64,000 nucleotides of DNA from an uncultured Gammaproteobacteria bacterium (GCA_964430475.1 CAYSEQ010000004.1:986-64985), one strand, 5' to 3'; shown: positions 29,595 through 40,147, counted from the first letter of the stretch. Notes: generated by a model from the letters alone, not told the origin. Numbers and translations: made by a program.

Positions 29595-31124
29595 ATGCTG
29601 GCGAAAGTTATTTCAGGGGCAACGCTTGGATTAGGGGCTTGTTTGATAGAGGTGGAGGTGGATATTCCTGGCGAAGGTCTTCCCACTTTTACGATTGTTG
29701 GGCTTCCTGACAAAGCTGTAGAGGAATCTAAGGAGAGAGTTCGCTCTGCCCTTAAAAACACCGGGGCTTTGTTCCCTGAAGGAAGAATTACTGTAAATCT
29801 TGCTCCTGCAGATTTGCCGAAAGTAGGTCCAAGTTTCGATCTACCAATCGCTTTGGGTATTTTAATTGCTTCTGGACAGGTAGATTCTCATATCTCAGAT
29901 GCTATCTTTTATGGTGAGTTGTCATTGGATGGAAATTTAAGACACACAAGAGGTATTTTGCCTATAGTTTATTTTGCTCGCGAGAAGGGTTTTAAGAAAG
30001 TCTTTATCCCCAAGACCAACGAGAAGGAAGCTTCGGTTGTTTCAGGTATTGATGTTTATCCGGTTGAGAGTCTTCTTGAACTGGTTAGATTTTTTAGGGG
30101 TGTAGTAGATATAAAGCCAGTTAGAAAGGTGAGCCTTAAAGAATTACTAAAGTCTCAAGAGGCAGAATTTGATTTTAGTGAGATTGTTGGCCAGGAACAT
30201 GCAAAAAGAGCTATGGAGATTGCTGCTGCTGGAGGACACAATATCTTTTTAAAAGGTACCCCTGGAAGTGGAAAAACAATGCTTGCCCGAGCCTTGCCGG
30301 GGATATTACCGCGGTTAACCGAAGAAGAAGCGTTGGAGGTTACGAAGATTTATTCTATATCCGGAAATTTATCCCACTCTGAAGCAATAGTGACATCTCG
30401 GCCTTTTAGAAGCCCCCATCATACAACCAGTAGAATAGGACTTATTGGTGGAGGTTCAAATCCTGCTCCAGGTGAAGTGTCTCTTGCGCATCGAGGAGTA
30501 CTTTTTTTGGACGAATTTCCGGAGTTCCCAAGACATGTCTTGGAAGCATTACGACAACCTTTGGAGGATGGAGTTGTCACTATTTCAAGGGCGAAAGGTT
30601 CTGTAACTTATCCAGCCCAATTTTTACTTGTTGCTGCCAGTAATCCCTGCCCGTGTGGGTATTTTGGTGATCCTAAAAAAGCTTGTAGATGTTTGCCCAG
30701 TGCTATCCAGAGGTATCAGAGAAAAATTTCAGGCCCTATTATAGATAGGATAGATATTCATGTCCATGTTCCGGCAGTCGATACGGACAAGCTTGTTAAT
30801 AATTCACTAAGAGCCGAAACTTCAAAAAAAATACAAACGCGGGTTCAAAAGGCAAGGGATGTCCAGAATGAACGCTATAAAGGAAATAAATTTAAATCAA
30901 ATAGTGAACTTTCATCAAAATTTATTAGAAAGTTTTGTCCTTTAACTTCTAATTGCCTTGCTTTATTGCGTAGTGCAGTAGCCTCGATGAATTTGACCGC
31001 TAGGTCTTACTATAAGGTTATAAAGGTGGCAAGAACAATAGCAGACCTAGAAGGTTCAGACGATATAAGTCCTAATCACATCGCTGAGGCTCTTCAATAT
31101 AGACCAAAAGATCATGAAATTTAG
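29595..31124 (+). CDS. comM: YifB/ComM family Mg-chelatase-like AAA+ ATPase
   Basis: Lon-like N-terminal domain, Walker A GTPGSGKTMLA, and CPCGYFGD...CRC zinc-ribbon-like insert characteristic of ComM. Confidence 0.8.
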   Translation: MLAKVISGATLGLGACLIEVEVDIPGEGLPTFTIVGLPDKAVEESKERVRSALKNTGALFPEGRITVNLAPADLPKVGPSFDLPIALGILIASGQVDSHISDAIFYGELSLDGNLRHTRGILPIVYFAREKGFKKVFIPKTNEKEASVVSGIDVYPVESLLELVRFFRGVVDIKPVRKVSLKELLKSQEAEFDFSEIVGQEHAKRAMEIAAAGGHNIFLKGTPGSGKTMLARALPGILPRLTEEEALEVTKIYSISGNLSHSEAIVTSRPFRSPHHTTSRIGLIGGGSNPAPGEVSLAHRGVLFLDEFPEFPRHVLEALRQPLEDGVVTISRAKGSVTYPAQFLLVAASNPCPCGYFGDPKKACRCLPSAIQRYQRKISGPIIDRIDIHVHVPAVDTDKLVNNSLRAETSKKIQTRVQKARDVQNERYKGNKFKSNSELSSKFIRKFCPLTSNCLALLRSAVASMNLTARSYYKVIKVARTIADLEGSDDISPNHIAEALQYRPKDHEI

Positions 31125-32591
31125 ATGCAAGCTAAATTAAGATTTAAAAAAGAATTTATGAGAACGATGACTGAGAAAAGAAAGCCTCATGTACATTTTA
31201 TGGGTATAGGAGGTAGTGCCCTAGCAGGGGTAGCGGTTTTAGCAAAAAGGCAGGGATTTGAGGTTAGTGGATGCGATGTCTCATCTCAAACTTACTATAC
31301 AAAAATTCTTGAGAAGGAAGGGATTAAACCTCTTCAAGGGCATAATAAAGATCATCTTAGGAAGGATGTTGATCTTTTGGCAGTGTCCCCTGCGGTTTTT
31401 AATTTAAATCCAAATCATCCTGAAGTGAGACTGGGGGAAGAGCGTAAGATTTTAATAAGCTGGCAGAAATTTGTAGGAGAGTATCTTCAAAGAGGAAAAT
31501 TTGTAATTGCCATCTCTGGGACACATGGAAAATCAACTACTACGGCCCTGGTAGGATTGGTTCTTGAAGAAGCAGGATTTAAGCCCACGGTTTTGGTTGG
31601 TGCAATTGTTCCTGAGTGGAAAAGTGGTGTGCTTTCTGGTCAATCCGAATATTTTGTCTGTGAGGCTGATGAATTTAATCTAAATTTTTTAAATTATTCA
31701 CCTTCAATTTTGATTATTAATAACATTGAAATGGATCATCCTGAGTTTTTTGAAAGCTACAGAGAGTTTAAGAAAGCCTTTGTGTTATTCTTAAGGAAGC
31801 TTACTGGTCCTAAGATTTTAATAGTTAATGAGGAAAGTGAAGGAGTAAGACAACTTTTGTTTTCAGAAAAAAAATGGCTGGCGGAAAATGAGGTTAAGGT
31901 AGTGGGTTATTTTTTAAAGAATTCAATTAACTTTCCCTTTTTTAAGGAGTTTGGTGCCGAGATAAAAGATCTATCTCCAAATTTTAGTAAGTTTAAAGCC
32001 CGCGAAGGCTCTTCAGAGTATGAATTTGTATTAAAAATTTTGGGAACGCATAACATTGCCAATGCTTTGGGTGTTTTGGCCTGTGCTTACCTTTTAGGTA
32101 TAAAGTATGACAAGGTCGCCAGAGTTTTTAGAAAGTTTAGGGGTTTGGAAAGGAGATTTAGTTTGGTTGGGAAGACCAAAAAGGTGGAAATTTTTGATGA
32201 TTATGCGGTTCATCCTACAGCAATTAGGGCCACACTTATTTCGGCAAGGCAAAAATTTCCGAAAAGTAGAATTTGGGCCGTTTTTGAGCCCCATCAGTTT
32301 TCGCGTTTGCGACTTTTTTTGGACGAGTTTGCATCTTCTTTAAGTTTAGCTCAGAAAGTGATAGTTACTCGTATTTATGCGGGAAGAGAAAAAAATTTGT
32401 TTAATGTTAAAGAGGAAGATTTAGTAAGAAAGATTGGGAGAAAAGCCTTGTTTCTGAGGAATTTTGAAGATGTTAGCAAAATAGTATCAGATAATGTTGA
32501 AAAAACTGATAAGGTTATCGTTTTTGGTGCTGGAGATTCTTATAAGCTTTCGCGCATGATTCTTGATAAGGTTAAAGAAAAACAATGCTAA
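31125..32591 (+). CDS. murC: UDP-N-acetylmuramate--L-alanine ligase
   Basis: HFMGIGGSALAG, GTHGKSTTTA. True start may be an internal ATG (31158/31167). The ORF abuts the comM stop codon. Confidence 0.8.
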   Translation: MQAKLRFKKEFMRTMTEKRKPHVHFMGIGGSALAGVAVLAKRQGFEVSGCDVSSQTYYTKILEKEGIKPLQGHNKDHLRKDVDLLAVSPAVFNLNPNHPEVRLGEERKILISWQKFVGEYLQRGKFVIAISGTHGKSTTTALVGLVLEEAGFKPTVLVGAIVPEWKSGVLSGQSEYFVCEADEFNLNFLNYSPSILIINNIEMDHPEFFESYREFKKAFVLFLRKLTGPKILIVNEESEGVRQLLFSEKKWLAENEVKVVGYFLKNSINFPFFKEFGAEIKDLSPNFSKFKAREGSSEYEFVLKILGTHNIANALGVLACAYLLGIKYDKVARVFRKFRGLERRFSLVGKTKKVEIFDDYAVHPTAIRATLISARQKFPKSRIWAVFEPHQFSRLRLFLDEFASSLSLAQKVIVTRIYAGREKNLFNVKEEDLVRKIGRKALFLRNFEDVSKIVSDNVEKTDKVIVFGAGDSYKLSRMILDKVKEKQC

Positions 32592-32593
32592 AT

Positions 32594-32920
32594 ATGTCAG
32601 TTTATAACCTCGGTCCATTGGAACAGGAAATTATGAATTGCGTTTGGGAGCAAAAAGGCGTTACGGTAGGTTATGTGTTTAAATGCTTAAAAAGAAAAAG
32701 AAACTTGGCATATACGACAGTGATGACGATTATGGTAAGGCTTATTTCTAAAGGTTTGTTGTATAGGGAAAAGCGCGGCAGGGTCTTTATTTATTTTGCC
32801 AAAAAGTCCAAAAAAGAGGTTGCTAAAAAACAAGTCAAAAAGATTTTAAGTTCTTTGATCAATCAATATGGAAAGGAAGCAATCACCGCTTTTACCGACG
32901 AACTTAAAAAGTATAAGTGA
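32594..32920 (+). CDS. BlaI/MecI/CopY family transcriptional repressor
   Basis: LGPLEQEIMNCVW...TTVMTIMVRLISKGLL winged helix typical of the penicillinase repressor family. Confidence 0.7.
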   Translation: MSVYNLGPLEQEIMNCVWEQKGVTVGYVFKCLKRKRNLAYTTVMTIMVRLISKGLLYREKRGRVFIYFAKKSKKEVAKKQVKKILSSLINQYGKEAITAFTDELKKYK

Positions 32921-32925
32921 AGTAA

Positions 32926-33942
32926 ATGCTCAAATTTCTGACAAATAAAGAATTAAAATATCTCCTAAATATTATAGGTATTTCTGTCCTTTTTGTTTTC
33001 CTTTACATAACCCTCTTCACAAAGTATATACAGGTGACGATTAGTCATCTTTTGCGACATTGTGGTGTGATAAGCGGACCTTTTTTATCTATCAATTCCT
33101 TCAACCATTACCTTCACTATATAGGTTATATCTTGATTGTAGTACTTTTATTGACTGAAGCGATCTTTTTTATAAAAATTTTATTTTCCTATATTAAAAC
33201 ATGGATTTGGTCAAGGATACTTCTTTCTCGCAGGATTTTGCGTACTCCTGATAAATTAGAATCTATCCTGTCAAAAAACTCCATTTCCAAGGATTTGTTT
33301 ACAGTCGTTGATGTAGATAAGAATGTCGCCCTGACTTTGGGCTGGTTTTCTCCCAAGATTGTACTTTCAGATAAGCTTATTTTTAGACTTTCGCCTCGGG
33401 AGTTAGAAGCGGTGGTATTGCATGAATATTACCATTTGAAGGGAAGACATCCATTCCTGATTGTTATATGTGAAATTTTATCTTCAACATTTTTATTGCT
33501 TCCTATTTTAAAAGATTTGACGAAGAAACTAAGAAGTATTATGGAAAAAGAGGCAGATAAGTATGTCCTCAATCGACAGAAAACACCGCAATATCTCAAC
33601 TTGGCTTTAGATAAAATTAGTAGTGAAGAAATGTTTAATGTTTATTCCACTCTTTCTTTTTTAAGTTTAATAGGCGATAAGATTGAAGGATCAAGAAGAA
33701 AAGAGTATAACATTAGGAGATCAAGTATAATTTTTTTGATATTATTTATTTTAATATGGATCCTTCTTTTTAGTACCCCTTTTTCTTTAGAAAATCAAAA
33801 GGATGGCTTTCTAGTAGAACGAAATCATCATTTAGAATTATCAAATTGTGGTGAGAATCAGTGTCTAGAGGATTGCCTATCTGTCCGATTTTCAATTTTT
33901 GATTCTATTAAGAAAGTGGTATTCGAGAATTATATTTCTTAA
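32926..33942 (+). CDS. M56 family peptidase (BlaR1-like signal transducer protease domain, no PBP-like sensor domain)
   Basis: Polytopic membrane protein with VLHEYYHLKGRHP zinc motif; pairs with the upstream BlaI-like gene. Confidence 0.65.
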   Translation: MLKFLTNKELKYLLNIIGISVLFVFLYITLFTKYIQVTISHLLRHCGVISGPFLSINSFNHYLHYIGYILIVVLLLTEAIFFIKILFSYIKTWIWSRILLSRRILRTPDKLESILSKNSISKDLFTVVDVDKNVALTLGWFSPKIVLSDKLIFRLSPRELEAVVLHEYYHLKGRHPFLIVICEILSSTFLLLPILKDLTKKLRSIMEKEADKYVLNRQKTPQYLNLALDKISSEEMFNVYSTLSFLSLIGDKIEGSRRKEYNIRRSSIIFLILFILIWILLFSTPFSLENQKDGFLVERNHHLELSNCGENQCLEDCLSVRFSIFDSIKKVVFENYIS

Positions 33943-34081
33943 ACAATAAAAAGGGCTTAAGTATTTTTAAATCTTAGGGTTATTTTGTTTTTAGAAAAAA
34001 ACTTACTTTTATACTTAAGGAATTTGTTACTTGACAAATTTGATAGTTTATTACTACACTTTGTAGTATATTCTTTTAATC

Positions 34082-34882
34082 ATGAGCGATACCAAAAGAG
34101 TTAATTTTCTTGAGAAGCTCGTTCCTATTCTGCTTCTTGCAACAATTGCGATGTCTTTTGTGGTTGGTGTTCTTTGGGAAAAGGTTCGGAATTTGGAAAG
34201 TGGAGGAACAAGAGTTTCAGGAAGTGGCGCTGGGGAGAAAGTTGGAAATTCTGGGTCGGGAACTGGGAACCAAGCAAACGATAACCAAGCGCAGGTAGGT
34301 TTTGAACAATTTGAAAGTGCTAAAGATGCTATTAAGTTAAATGATAAAGACCACATTAGGGGAAATAAAAATGCAAGGATACTTCTTATTGAATACTCAG
34401 ATTTAGAATGTCCATTCTGTAAGCGTTTTCACCCGACTGCGAAGCAGATCATCGATGAGTACAAAGATCAAGTAGCCTGGGTGTATAGACATTTTCCTTT
34501 AGACCAAATTCACCCTAAGGCGGATAAGTTAGCAGAAGCTGTAGAGTGCGCTAGTGAGCTTGGAGGGGAAGATGCTTTTTGGAAATTAACTGACAAAATA
34601 TTTGAAGTAACACCATCCAATAATGGGCTTAATTTGGATGATTTACCTAAACTTGCCAAGGAAATAGGTCTAGATGAAGAAAGATTCAAAGAGTGTCTTG
34701 ATAGCGGAAAATATAAAGATCGTGTTGAAGAGGATTACCAAAGTGGGTTAAAAGCGGGAATTCAAGGAACTCCGGGTAATATTTTATTGGATACCAAAAC
34801 TGGTAAGACAAAACTTATCCCTGGAGCATATCCGTTTGAGACCTTTAAGGCGGAAATAGATAAATTACTCTCGGAAAATTAA
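34082..34882 (+). CDS. DsbA-family thiol:disulfide oxidoreductase, membrane-anchored with Gly/Ser linker
   Basis: N-terminal TM segment, GSGAGEKVGNSGSGTGN linker, thioredoxin fold with CPFC active site. Confidence 0.75.
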   Translation: MSDTKRVNFLEKLVPILLLATIAMSFVVGVLWEKVRNLESGGTRVSGSGAGEKVGNSGSGTGNQANDNQAQVGFEQFESAKDAIKLNDKDHIRGNKNARILLIEYSDLECPFCKRFHPTAKQIIDEYKDQVAWVYRHFPLDQIHPKADKLAEAVECASELGGEDAFWKLTDKIFEVTPSNNGLNLDDLPKLAKEIGLDEERFKECLDSGKYKDRVEEDYQSGLKAGIQGTPGNILLDTKTGKTKLIPGAYPFETFKAEIDKLLSEN

Positions 34883-34898
34883 AAAAGTAAGTTGATGA

Positions 34899-35429
34899 AT
34901 GTTCTTCTTTATAACTTATCCCGTTACTGCTGTTAAACTTGTTCTTTCTATAAAAAAATATTTTGTTTTTTTTATTCTTTTTGCCCTGTTTTTCTTTGCC
35001 TTTTTGATTTATATTCCTGTAACTTCTATACCCGGTAATGATTTAAAGTTTCAACTTTCTATTTTGACGATTAAAGACTATTTTGTTTTGGCTGGTTTGT
35101 CCATATTAGCTTCGTTATCTTTTACCTTAAACCTCTTTTCTAGCGTTAGGGATTTCAACCTCAGAAATAGTGGTTCCTATTTGATAAGAGGCGGTGGGAG
35201 TTTGTCTGGTCTTGTTGCGTCTGTATTTGGGACTGCAAGTTGTGCTTCGTGTATAGGATCAGTTTTTGGATTTTTAGGGACTGGTGGAGTATTTTTTTTA
35301 ATTAAATATAAAAATCCTATCACTTGGATAGCCTCCTTCATTGTATTGGTAAGTATTTATTTTTCTTCTAAAAGGGTGTTGGGAATTTGTAATGTAAAGG
35401 ATTTTAAAAAAACCTCTAAAAGTAGGTAG
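34899..35429 (+). CDS. Polytopic membrane protein with membrane-edge CxxC (CASC): candidate DsbB/VKOR-like redox partner
   Basis: About 4 TM segments; GTASCASCIGSVFGFLGTGG lies at the start of a TM helix; immediately downstream of the DsbA gene. Confidence 0.35.
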   Translation: MFFFITYPVTAVKLVLSIKKYFVFFILFALFFFAFLIYIPVTSIPGNDLKFQLSILTIKDYFVLAGLSILASLSFTLNLFSSVRDFNLRNSGSYLIRGGGSLSGLVASVFGTASCASCIGSVFGFLGTGGVFFLIKYKNPITWIASFIVLVSIYFSSKRVLGICNVKDFKKTSKSR

Positions 35430-35490
35430 TTCTTACCTAATCTTAAGCTTTTTCTCAGTCTCAAATGTATAATTATTAGTTTGAGGCTTT

Positions 35491-36159
35491 ATGAGGATAC
35501 TAGTTGTTGAGGATGAATACAAGATTGCAAACTCCATAAAAAGAGGGCTTGAACAAGAAGGGTATGCTATCGATGTTGCGTATGATGGTGAGGAAGCTTA
35601 TGACCTAATTTTGGGTGAGGAATATGATGTTATCGTGTTGGATCTTCTTCTTCCAAAAATGGACGGCTTGACCTTGTGTAAGAAGATTCGCGAAGAGAAA
35701 ATTCACACCCCTATTTTGATTCTCACAGCCAAGGGAACATTACAAGATAAGGTGGAAGGTTTGAATTCAGGTGCCGATGATTATTTAGTTAAACCATTTG
35801 CCTTTGAGGAGCTTTTGGCAAGAATTCGCGCTTTAATAAGAAGACCAAAAGTGGGAGGTGAAAGTAAACTCAAAGTAAGGGATTTAGAGCTTGATCCGAT
35901 AGCCTTTGAAGTTAGAAGAAAAGGTAAACTAATTAGCCTTACTCGAAAGGAATTTTCACTTTTGGAATATTTGATGAGAAATGCGGGTAAGATTTTAACT
36001 AAGGAGCAAATTATTTCTCATGTTTGGGATTATAATTCAGATGTACTTCCCAATACAGTAGAAGTCTACATAGGTTATCTAAGAAGAAAGATAGAAAAAC
36101 CATTTTCAGAAAAAGCCTTGATTAAGACTATTAGGGGTTTTGGATATAAGATTGAATAG
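35491..36159 (+). CDS. OmpR-family response regulator
   Basis: MRILVVEDE...DVIVLDLLLPKMDG...DDYLVKPF receiver plus winged-helix output domain. Confidence 0.85.
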   Translation: MRILVVEDEYKIANSIKRGLEQEGYAIDVAYDGEEAYDLILGEEYDVIVLDLLLPKMDGLTLCKKIREEKIHTPILILTAKGTLQDKVEGLNSGADDYLVKPFAFEELLARIRALIRRPKVGGESKLKVRDLELDPIAFEVRRKGKLISLTRKEFSLLEYLMRNAGKILTKEQIISHVWDYNSDVLPNTVEVYIGYLRRKIEKPFSEKALIKTIRGFGYKIE

Positions 36160-36173
36160 TTGAAATTTTAAAA

Positions 36174-37220
36174 ATGGTATTCAAAAACGCAAGACTTAAG
36201 CTTACACTTTGGTATCTTGTTATCATCATGACGATAAGTGTTTTTTTTAGCATTATTGTCTATCGCGGTTTTACTAAAGAACTGGGGAGAGGATTTAAAA
36301 TGCAGTCTCTGCGCTTGCCTCCTGAGACACATCTATTTTTGTTTAGAAGATTTGGTTATGAAAATATACTTCCTTTTATAATCTATCCTGAAGAAATTCC
36401 ACCCAAAGAATACGCTGAAATAATTTCATTTTTAAAGAAACGCTTTGCTATTCAACTACTGATTATCAACTTGGGGATACTAGTTATATCAGGGAGTTTA
36501 AGTTATTTCTTAGCTGGAAAGACTCTTCAACCTATTGAAGAGATGGTTGAGAGACAAAAACGTTTTGTAGCGGATGCTTCACATGAATTTAGGACACCCC
36601 TTACATCGATGAAAACAGAGATAGAAGTAGCGCTCAGGGACAAAAAACTTACGCTAAACGAAGCCAAGCGCATTTTAGAAAGTAACCTATCTGAGGTGGA
36701 TAAGTTGAGACATTTTACGGACAGTCTTTTAACACTAAGTCTTTACGAAAGTAATAGTCAAAATCTTTCCGTTGAAAAAGTAGACTTAAAAGATGTTGCT
36801 CTTCAAGGTATTGAAAGGAATATCTTATTAGCAAAGAAAAAAAGGATAAGAATAAGAAAGACTCTCGAAAAAGTAATTGTCAAAGGTAGCACTCGAGCCT
36901 TGGTCGATTTGTTTTCTGTCCTTATTAACAATGCAATTAAATTTAGCCCAGAAGGAAAAGAGATAAAGGTTTCTGTGAGGAAAACTAAAAATGCTGAAAT
37001 TAAGGTAATTGATCAAGGTGTTGGGATTGCAGAGGAAGATCTACCCCATATTTTTGATAGGTTTTGGAGAGCGGATCTTTCGAGAAATAAAAAGGAGGGA
37101 GACGGATATGGGTTAGGGCTTTCGATAGCCAAGTCCATTGTGGATTCCCATAGAGGCAAAATTGAAGTTATAAGTAAGCTAGGGAAGGGTAGCACTTTTA
37201 AGGTGATTCTGCCTTTATAG
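36174..37220 (+). CDS. Sensor histidine kinase (2 TM + HisKA + HATPase_c)
   Basis: ADASHEFRTPLT; DQGVGI; GYGLGLSIAKSIV. Confidence 0.8.
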   Translation: MVFKNARLKLTLWYLVIIMTISVFFSIIVYRGFTKELGRGFKMQSLRLPPETHLFLFRRFGYENILPFIIYPEEIPPKEYAEIISFLKKRFAIQLLIINLGILVISGSLSYFLAGKTLQPIEEMVERQKRFVADASHEFRTPLTSMKTEIEVALRDKKLTLNEAKRILESNLSEVDKLRHFTDSLLTLSLYESNSQNLSVEKVDLKDVALQGIERNILLAKKKRIRIRKTLEKVIVKGSTRALVDLFSVLINNAIKFSPEGKEIKVSVRKTKNAEIKVIDQGVGIAEEDLPHIFDRFWRADLSRNKKEGDGYGLGLSIAKSIVDSHRGKIEVISKLGKGSTFKVILPL

Positions 37221-37298
37221 TTTATCTTAAGCATTTTCTCAGGTTAGTCTGATTATATTAGATAAAAGGAGGTTGCAGTTTTTCAAGGAGGTGAGAAT

Positions 37299-37730
37299 AT
37301 GCGTAGAGCGTTGCCTACGGCTATAGTTTTCTTAACTTTGGTTTTTTTGATAACCTTTGTCTTTGTTGGTAAAGCTTTGGCGGGCAATAAACTTAAATCT
37401 CCCCTATTGATCCAAAAATTGTCAGAGAGATTTGGAGTAGATCAGAAAGAGGTGGAGGAGGTTTTTGACGAAGTTTATAGGGAACATTTGCGAGAAATAA
37501 GAAGATTTAAGGAAGATAGACTTAATCAGGCAGTAAAGGATGGTGTAATTACCGAGGATCAAAAAGACGCTATTATTTCAAAAATGGATGAGTTAATTGA
37601 GAAAAGGCAGAAGGAAAGAAAAGAACTTGAGGATTGGTTTAAAGAGCAAGGAATCGATATTAAAAAGTTAGGAAAGTATATAGGCTTTAGGCGACATTAC
37701 AGGACTGGGAAAATGGGTTTATGGCATTGA
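37299..37730 (+). CDS. Secreted coiled-coil hypothetical protein
   Basis: Signal/TM N-terminus; strong RBS aaggaggtgagaat; charged helical remainder. Confidence 0.45.
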   Translation: MRRALPTAIVFLTLVFLITFVFVGKALAGNKLKSPLLIQKLSERFGVDQKEVEEVFDEVYREHLREIRRFKEDRLNQAVKDGVITEDQKDAIISKMDELIEKRQKERKELEDWFKEQGIDIKKLGKYIGFRRHYRTGKMGLWH

Positions 37731-37773
37731 AATCTAAATGTTTGGAATATTCTCATTAAAAATATAAAAATAA

Positions 37774-38850
37774 ATGAATTTTTCTTTTAAAAAAGTTATC
37801 GCGGTTTTTATAACATTAGGTTTTTTGGGATTTTTTATATATTGGGTATCTTTGAGGTTCAATAAGACACCGGAGATCCCAGCGGAGTTAGAAGAGGATG
37901 AAGGGGGATTAGAAAATCTACCTCATCCTTTATCTATTCAAGCACTGCGTGAGGGTGAGTATCCTGGAAGTGAGGTAGAAATAGAGCAGGTCCTTTCACC
38001 AGGAGTAAACTATAAAAGATTTATTGCTTCATACAAATCAGAAGGTTTAAAAATTTATGGACTATTAACCATTCCAAATACCCAAAGGCCTAAAGACGGT
38101 TGGCCTGCGATAATTTTTAACCATGGTTATATCCCTCCCTCCGAATACCGGACAACCGAGCGCTATGTAGCATACCAAGATGCGTTTGCGAGGAATGGTT
38201 ATGTTACTTTTAAATCTGATTATCGTGGGCATGGAAATTCAGAAGGGGTAGCAACAGGTGGTTATGGTTCTAATGCTTATGTCATTGATGTACTCAATGC
38301 CTTATCTTCGATTAAGAGACTAAAAGAATTATCTAGTGATGGATCTTTTGCCCCATTAGTCAATCCAGAAAAAATAGGCATGTGGGGACATTCGATGGGT
38401 GGTGCAATTACTCTTAAGGTTATGGTGACTACAAAGGATGTAAAAGCTGGTGTGATTTGGGCCGGGGTTGTTGGTTCATATGAGGACCTTCTTAATAATT
38501 GGAGAAGAAGAACTACTGTATCCGTTACACCTTTTTCTCAGGCAAGAAGATGGAGAGAAGAGTTGGTACAAAAGTATGGCGACCCTTCACAGAATCCGGA
38601 ATTTTGGAATTCTATTTCACCAACGAGTTTTTTGTCGGATATCTCTGGTCCATTACAACTACATCATTCCCCTAATGATACCCATGTTCCTTACGAGTTT
38701 TCTTTAAAACTTGAAAATTTGATGAAAAATGCTGGTAAGGAGGTTGAGCTTTATACTTATGATGGGGACGATCATAATTTGAGTAAAAACCTGTTTATTG
38801 CACTTAAAAGGTCTAACGATTTTTTTGACAAATATTTGAAGACAAATTAA
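37774..38850 (+). CDS. Alpha/beta hydrolase (S9 peptidase / dienelactone hydrolase-like), membrane-anchored
   Basis: Nucleophile elbow GHSMGG; Asp/His-containing C-terminus HHSPNDTHVP. Confidence 0.65.
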   Translation: MNFSFKKVIAVFITLGFLGFFIYWVSLRFNKTPEIPAELEEDEGGLENLPHPLSIQALREGEYPGSEVEIEQVLSPGVNYKRFIASYKSEGLKIYGLLTIPNTQRPKDGWPAIIFNHGYIPPSEYRTTERYVAYQDAFARNGYVTFKSDYRGHGNSEGVATGGYGSNAYVIDVLNALSSIKRLKELSSDGSFAPLVNPEKIGMWGHSMGGAITLKVMVTTKDVKAGVIWAGVVGSYEDLLNNWRRRTTVSVTPFSQARRWREELVQKYGDPSQNPEFWNSISPTSFLSDISGPLQLHHSPNDTHVPYEFSLKLENLMKNAGKEVELYTYDGDDHNLSKNLFIALKRSNDFFDKYLKTN

Positions 38851-38944
38851 ATTTAGCTTTAATGTGGCTCCGATTTAAAATTTTGGTATTTTTAATGTAA
38901 AGATTTCTTGACTTTTTCAAATTACATTGTAAAAATTCTTAAAT

Positions 38945-39883
38945 ATGAAAGCTACCTATCTTAAAAGTTATGGAGGAGTAGAGGCGATTGATCTTAAGGA
39001 TGTACCAAAACCTCGTCCTAATCGAGGGCAAATCCTTGTGGAAGTCATTGCCTCGAGTATAAATCCATTTGATTTAAAACTTGCCCAAGGGATGTTTAAA
39101 GATACTATCCCTTTGGAATTTCCAGCTCCTTTAGGAACTGATCTTTCTGGAATAGTAAGAGAAAAGGGCGAGGATGTAAAAAGTTTTGATATTGGCGATG
39201 AGATTTTTGGTTCAGCAGATCTTTTTCAAGGAAGATCGGGTTCGTTTGCAGAGTTTGCTTTGGTAAAACCTGAGAAGGTAACTTATAAACCGAGTTTGAT
39301 TACTTTTGAGGAAGCCTCCGCATTACCTTTGGTGGGTGTTAGTGCACTTCAGGCGATAGAAGAACACATTAGGCTAAAGGTAGGTGAAAAAATTTTAATT
39401 CATGGAGGTGCTGGCGGAATTGGACATATTGCTATTCAACTAGCTAAGTCAATCGGGGCTTATGTAATAACAACTACCTCTACAACTAATATGAAATTCG
39501 TAAAAGATTTAGGCGCTGATGAAGTAATTGATTATAAAACATCGGAATTTGAGAAAATTGTTGGTAATCTAGATGCAGTTTTTGATACTGTAGGAGGAGA
39601 AGTACTTGAGAAGTCACTTCAGGTATTGAAAGAAGGAGGAATCTTGGTTTCAATGCTTGGTATGCCTAGTAGGGAGTTATTGAGAAAATATAAGGTTTCC
39701 GCTATTGCTCAGAATACTCAGGTTAACGCTGAACGCCTTCAACGCTTATCAAAATATGTTGAAGAAGGGAAGATCAAGGTTAGTCTTGATAAAGTTTTCT
39801 CTCTTTCAAAAATAAAAGAAGCATTTAAATATTTTGAGGACAAAAATCATCGAGGAAAGGTTGTAGTTAGAGTAAAAGATTAA
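38945..39883 (+). CDS. Zn-dependent/MDR-family NAD(P)H quinone oxidoreductase
   Basis: GGAGGIGHIAIQLAK Rossmann motif; no catalytic Zn ligand set; 312 aa. Confidence 0.65.
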   Translation: MKATYLKSYGGVEAIDLKDVPKPRPNRGQILVEVIASSINPFDLKLAQGMFKDTIPLEFPAPLGTDLSGIVREKGEDVKSFDIGDEIFGSADLFQGRSGSFAEFALVKPEKVTYKPSLITFEEASALPLVGVSALQAIEEHIRLKVGEKILIHGGAGGIGHIAIQLAKSIGAYVITTTSTTNMKFVKDLGADEVIDYKTSEFEKIVGNLDAVFDTVGGEVLEKSLQVLKEGGILVSMLGMPSRELLRKYKVSAIAQNTQVNAERLQRLSKYVEEGKIKVSLDKVFSLSKIKEAFKYFEDKNHRGKVVVRVKD

Positions 39884-39902
39884 GAATGGAGGTGAAGGTA
39901 AG

Positions 39903-40025
39903 ATGATGTTTGGATCAAAAGCGGCACTTGGTGGTTTTGGTTTTTTTGGTTTTTTGACCTGGATAGTGGTTTTTGTTGATTTAGTTCTTCTGGGTCTATT
40001 TCTTTGGAAAAAAATTCAAGACTGA
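39903..40025 (+). CDS. Small hydrophobic peptide (40 aa), candidate
   Basis: MMFGSKAALGGFGFFGFLTWIVVFVDLVLLGLFLWKKIQD with strong RBS ggaggtgaagg 7 nt upstream. Confidence 0.35.
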   Translation: MMFGSKAALGGFGFFGFLTWIVVFVDLVLLGLFLWKKIQD

Positions 40026-40147
40026 AAAATCGTAGGATAAGTATTTTATCTCCATTTGGTATAAATTAAATTTTGTTTTGAATCTAAAAAACCAGAAACC
40101 TTCTAATTTTTTTATGACTTAATTTCGATTATCTGGTATAGTCAATT

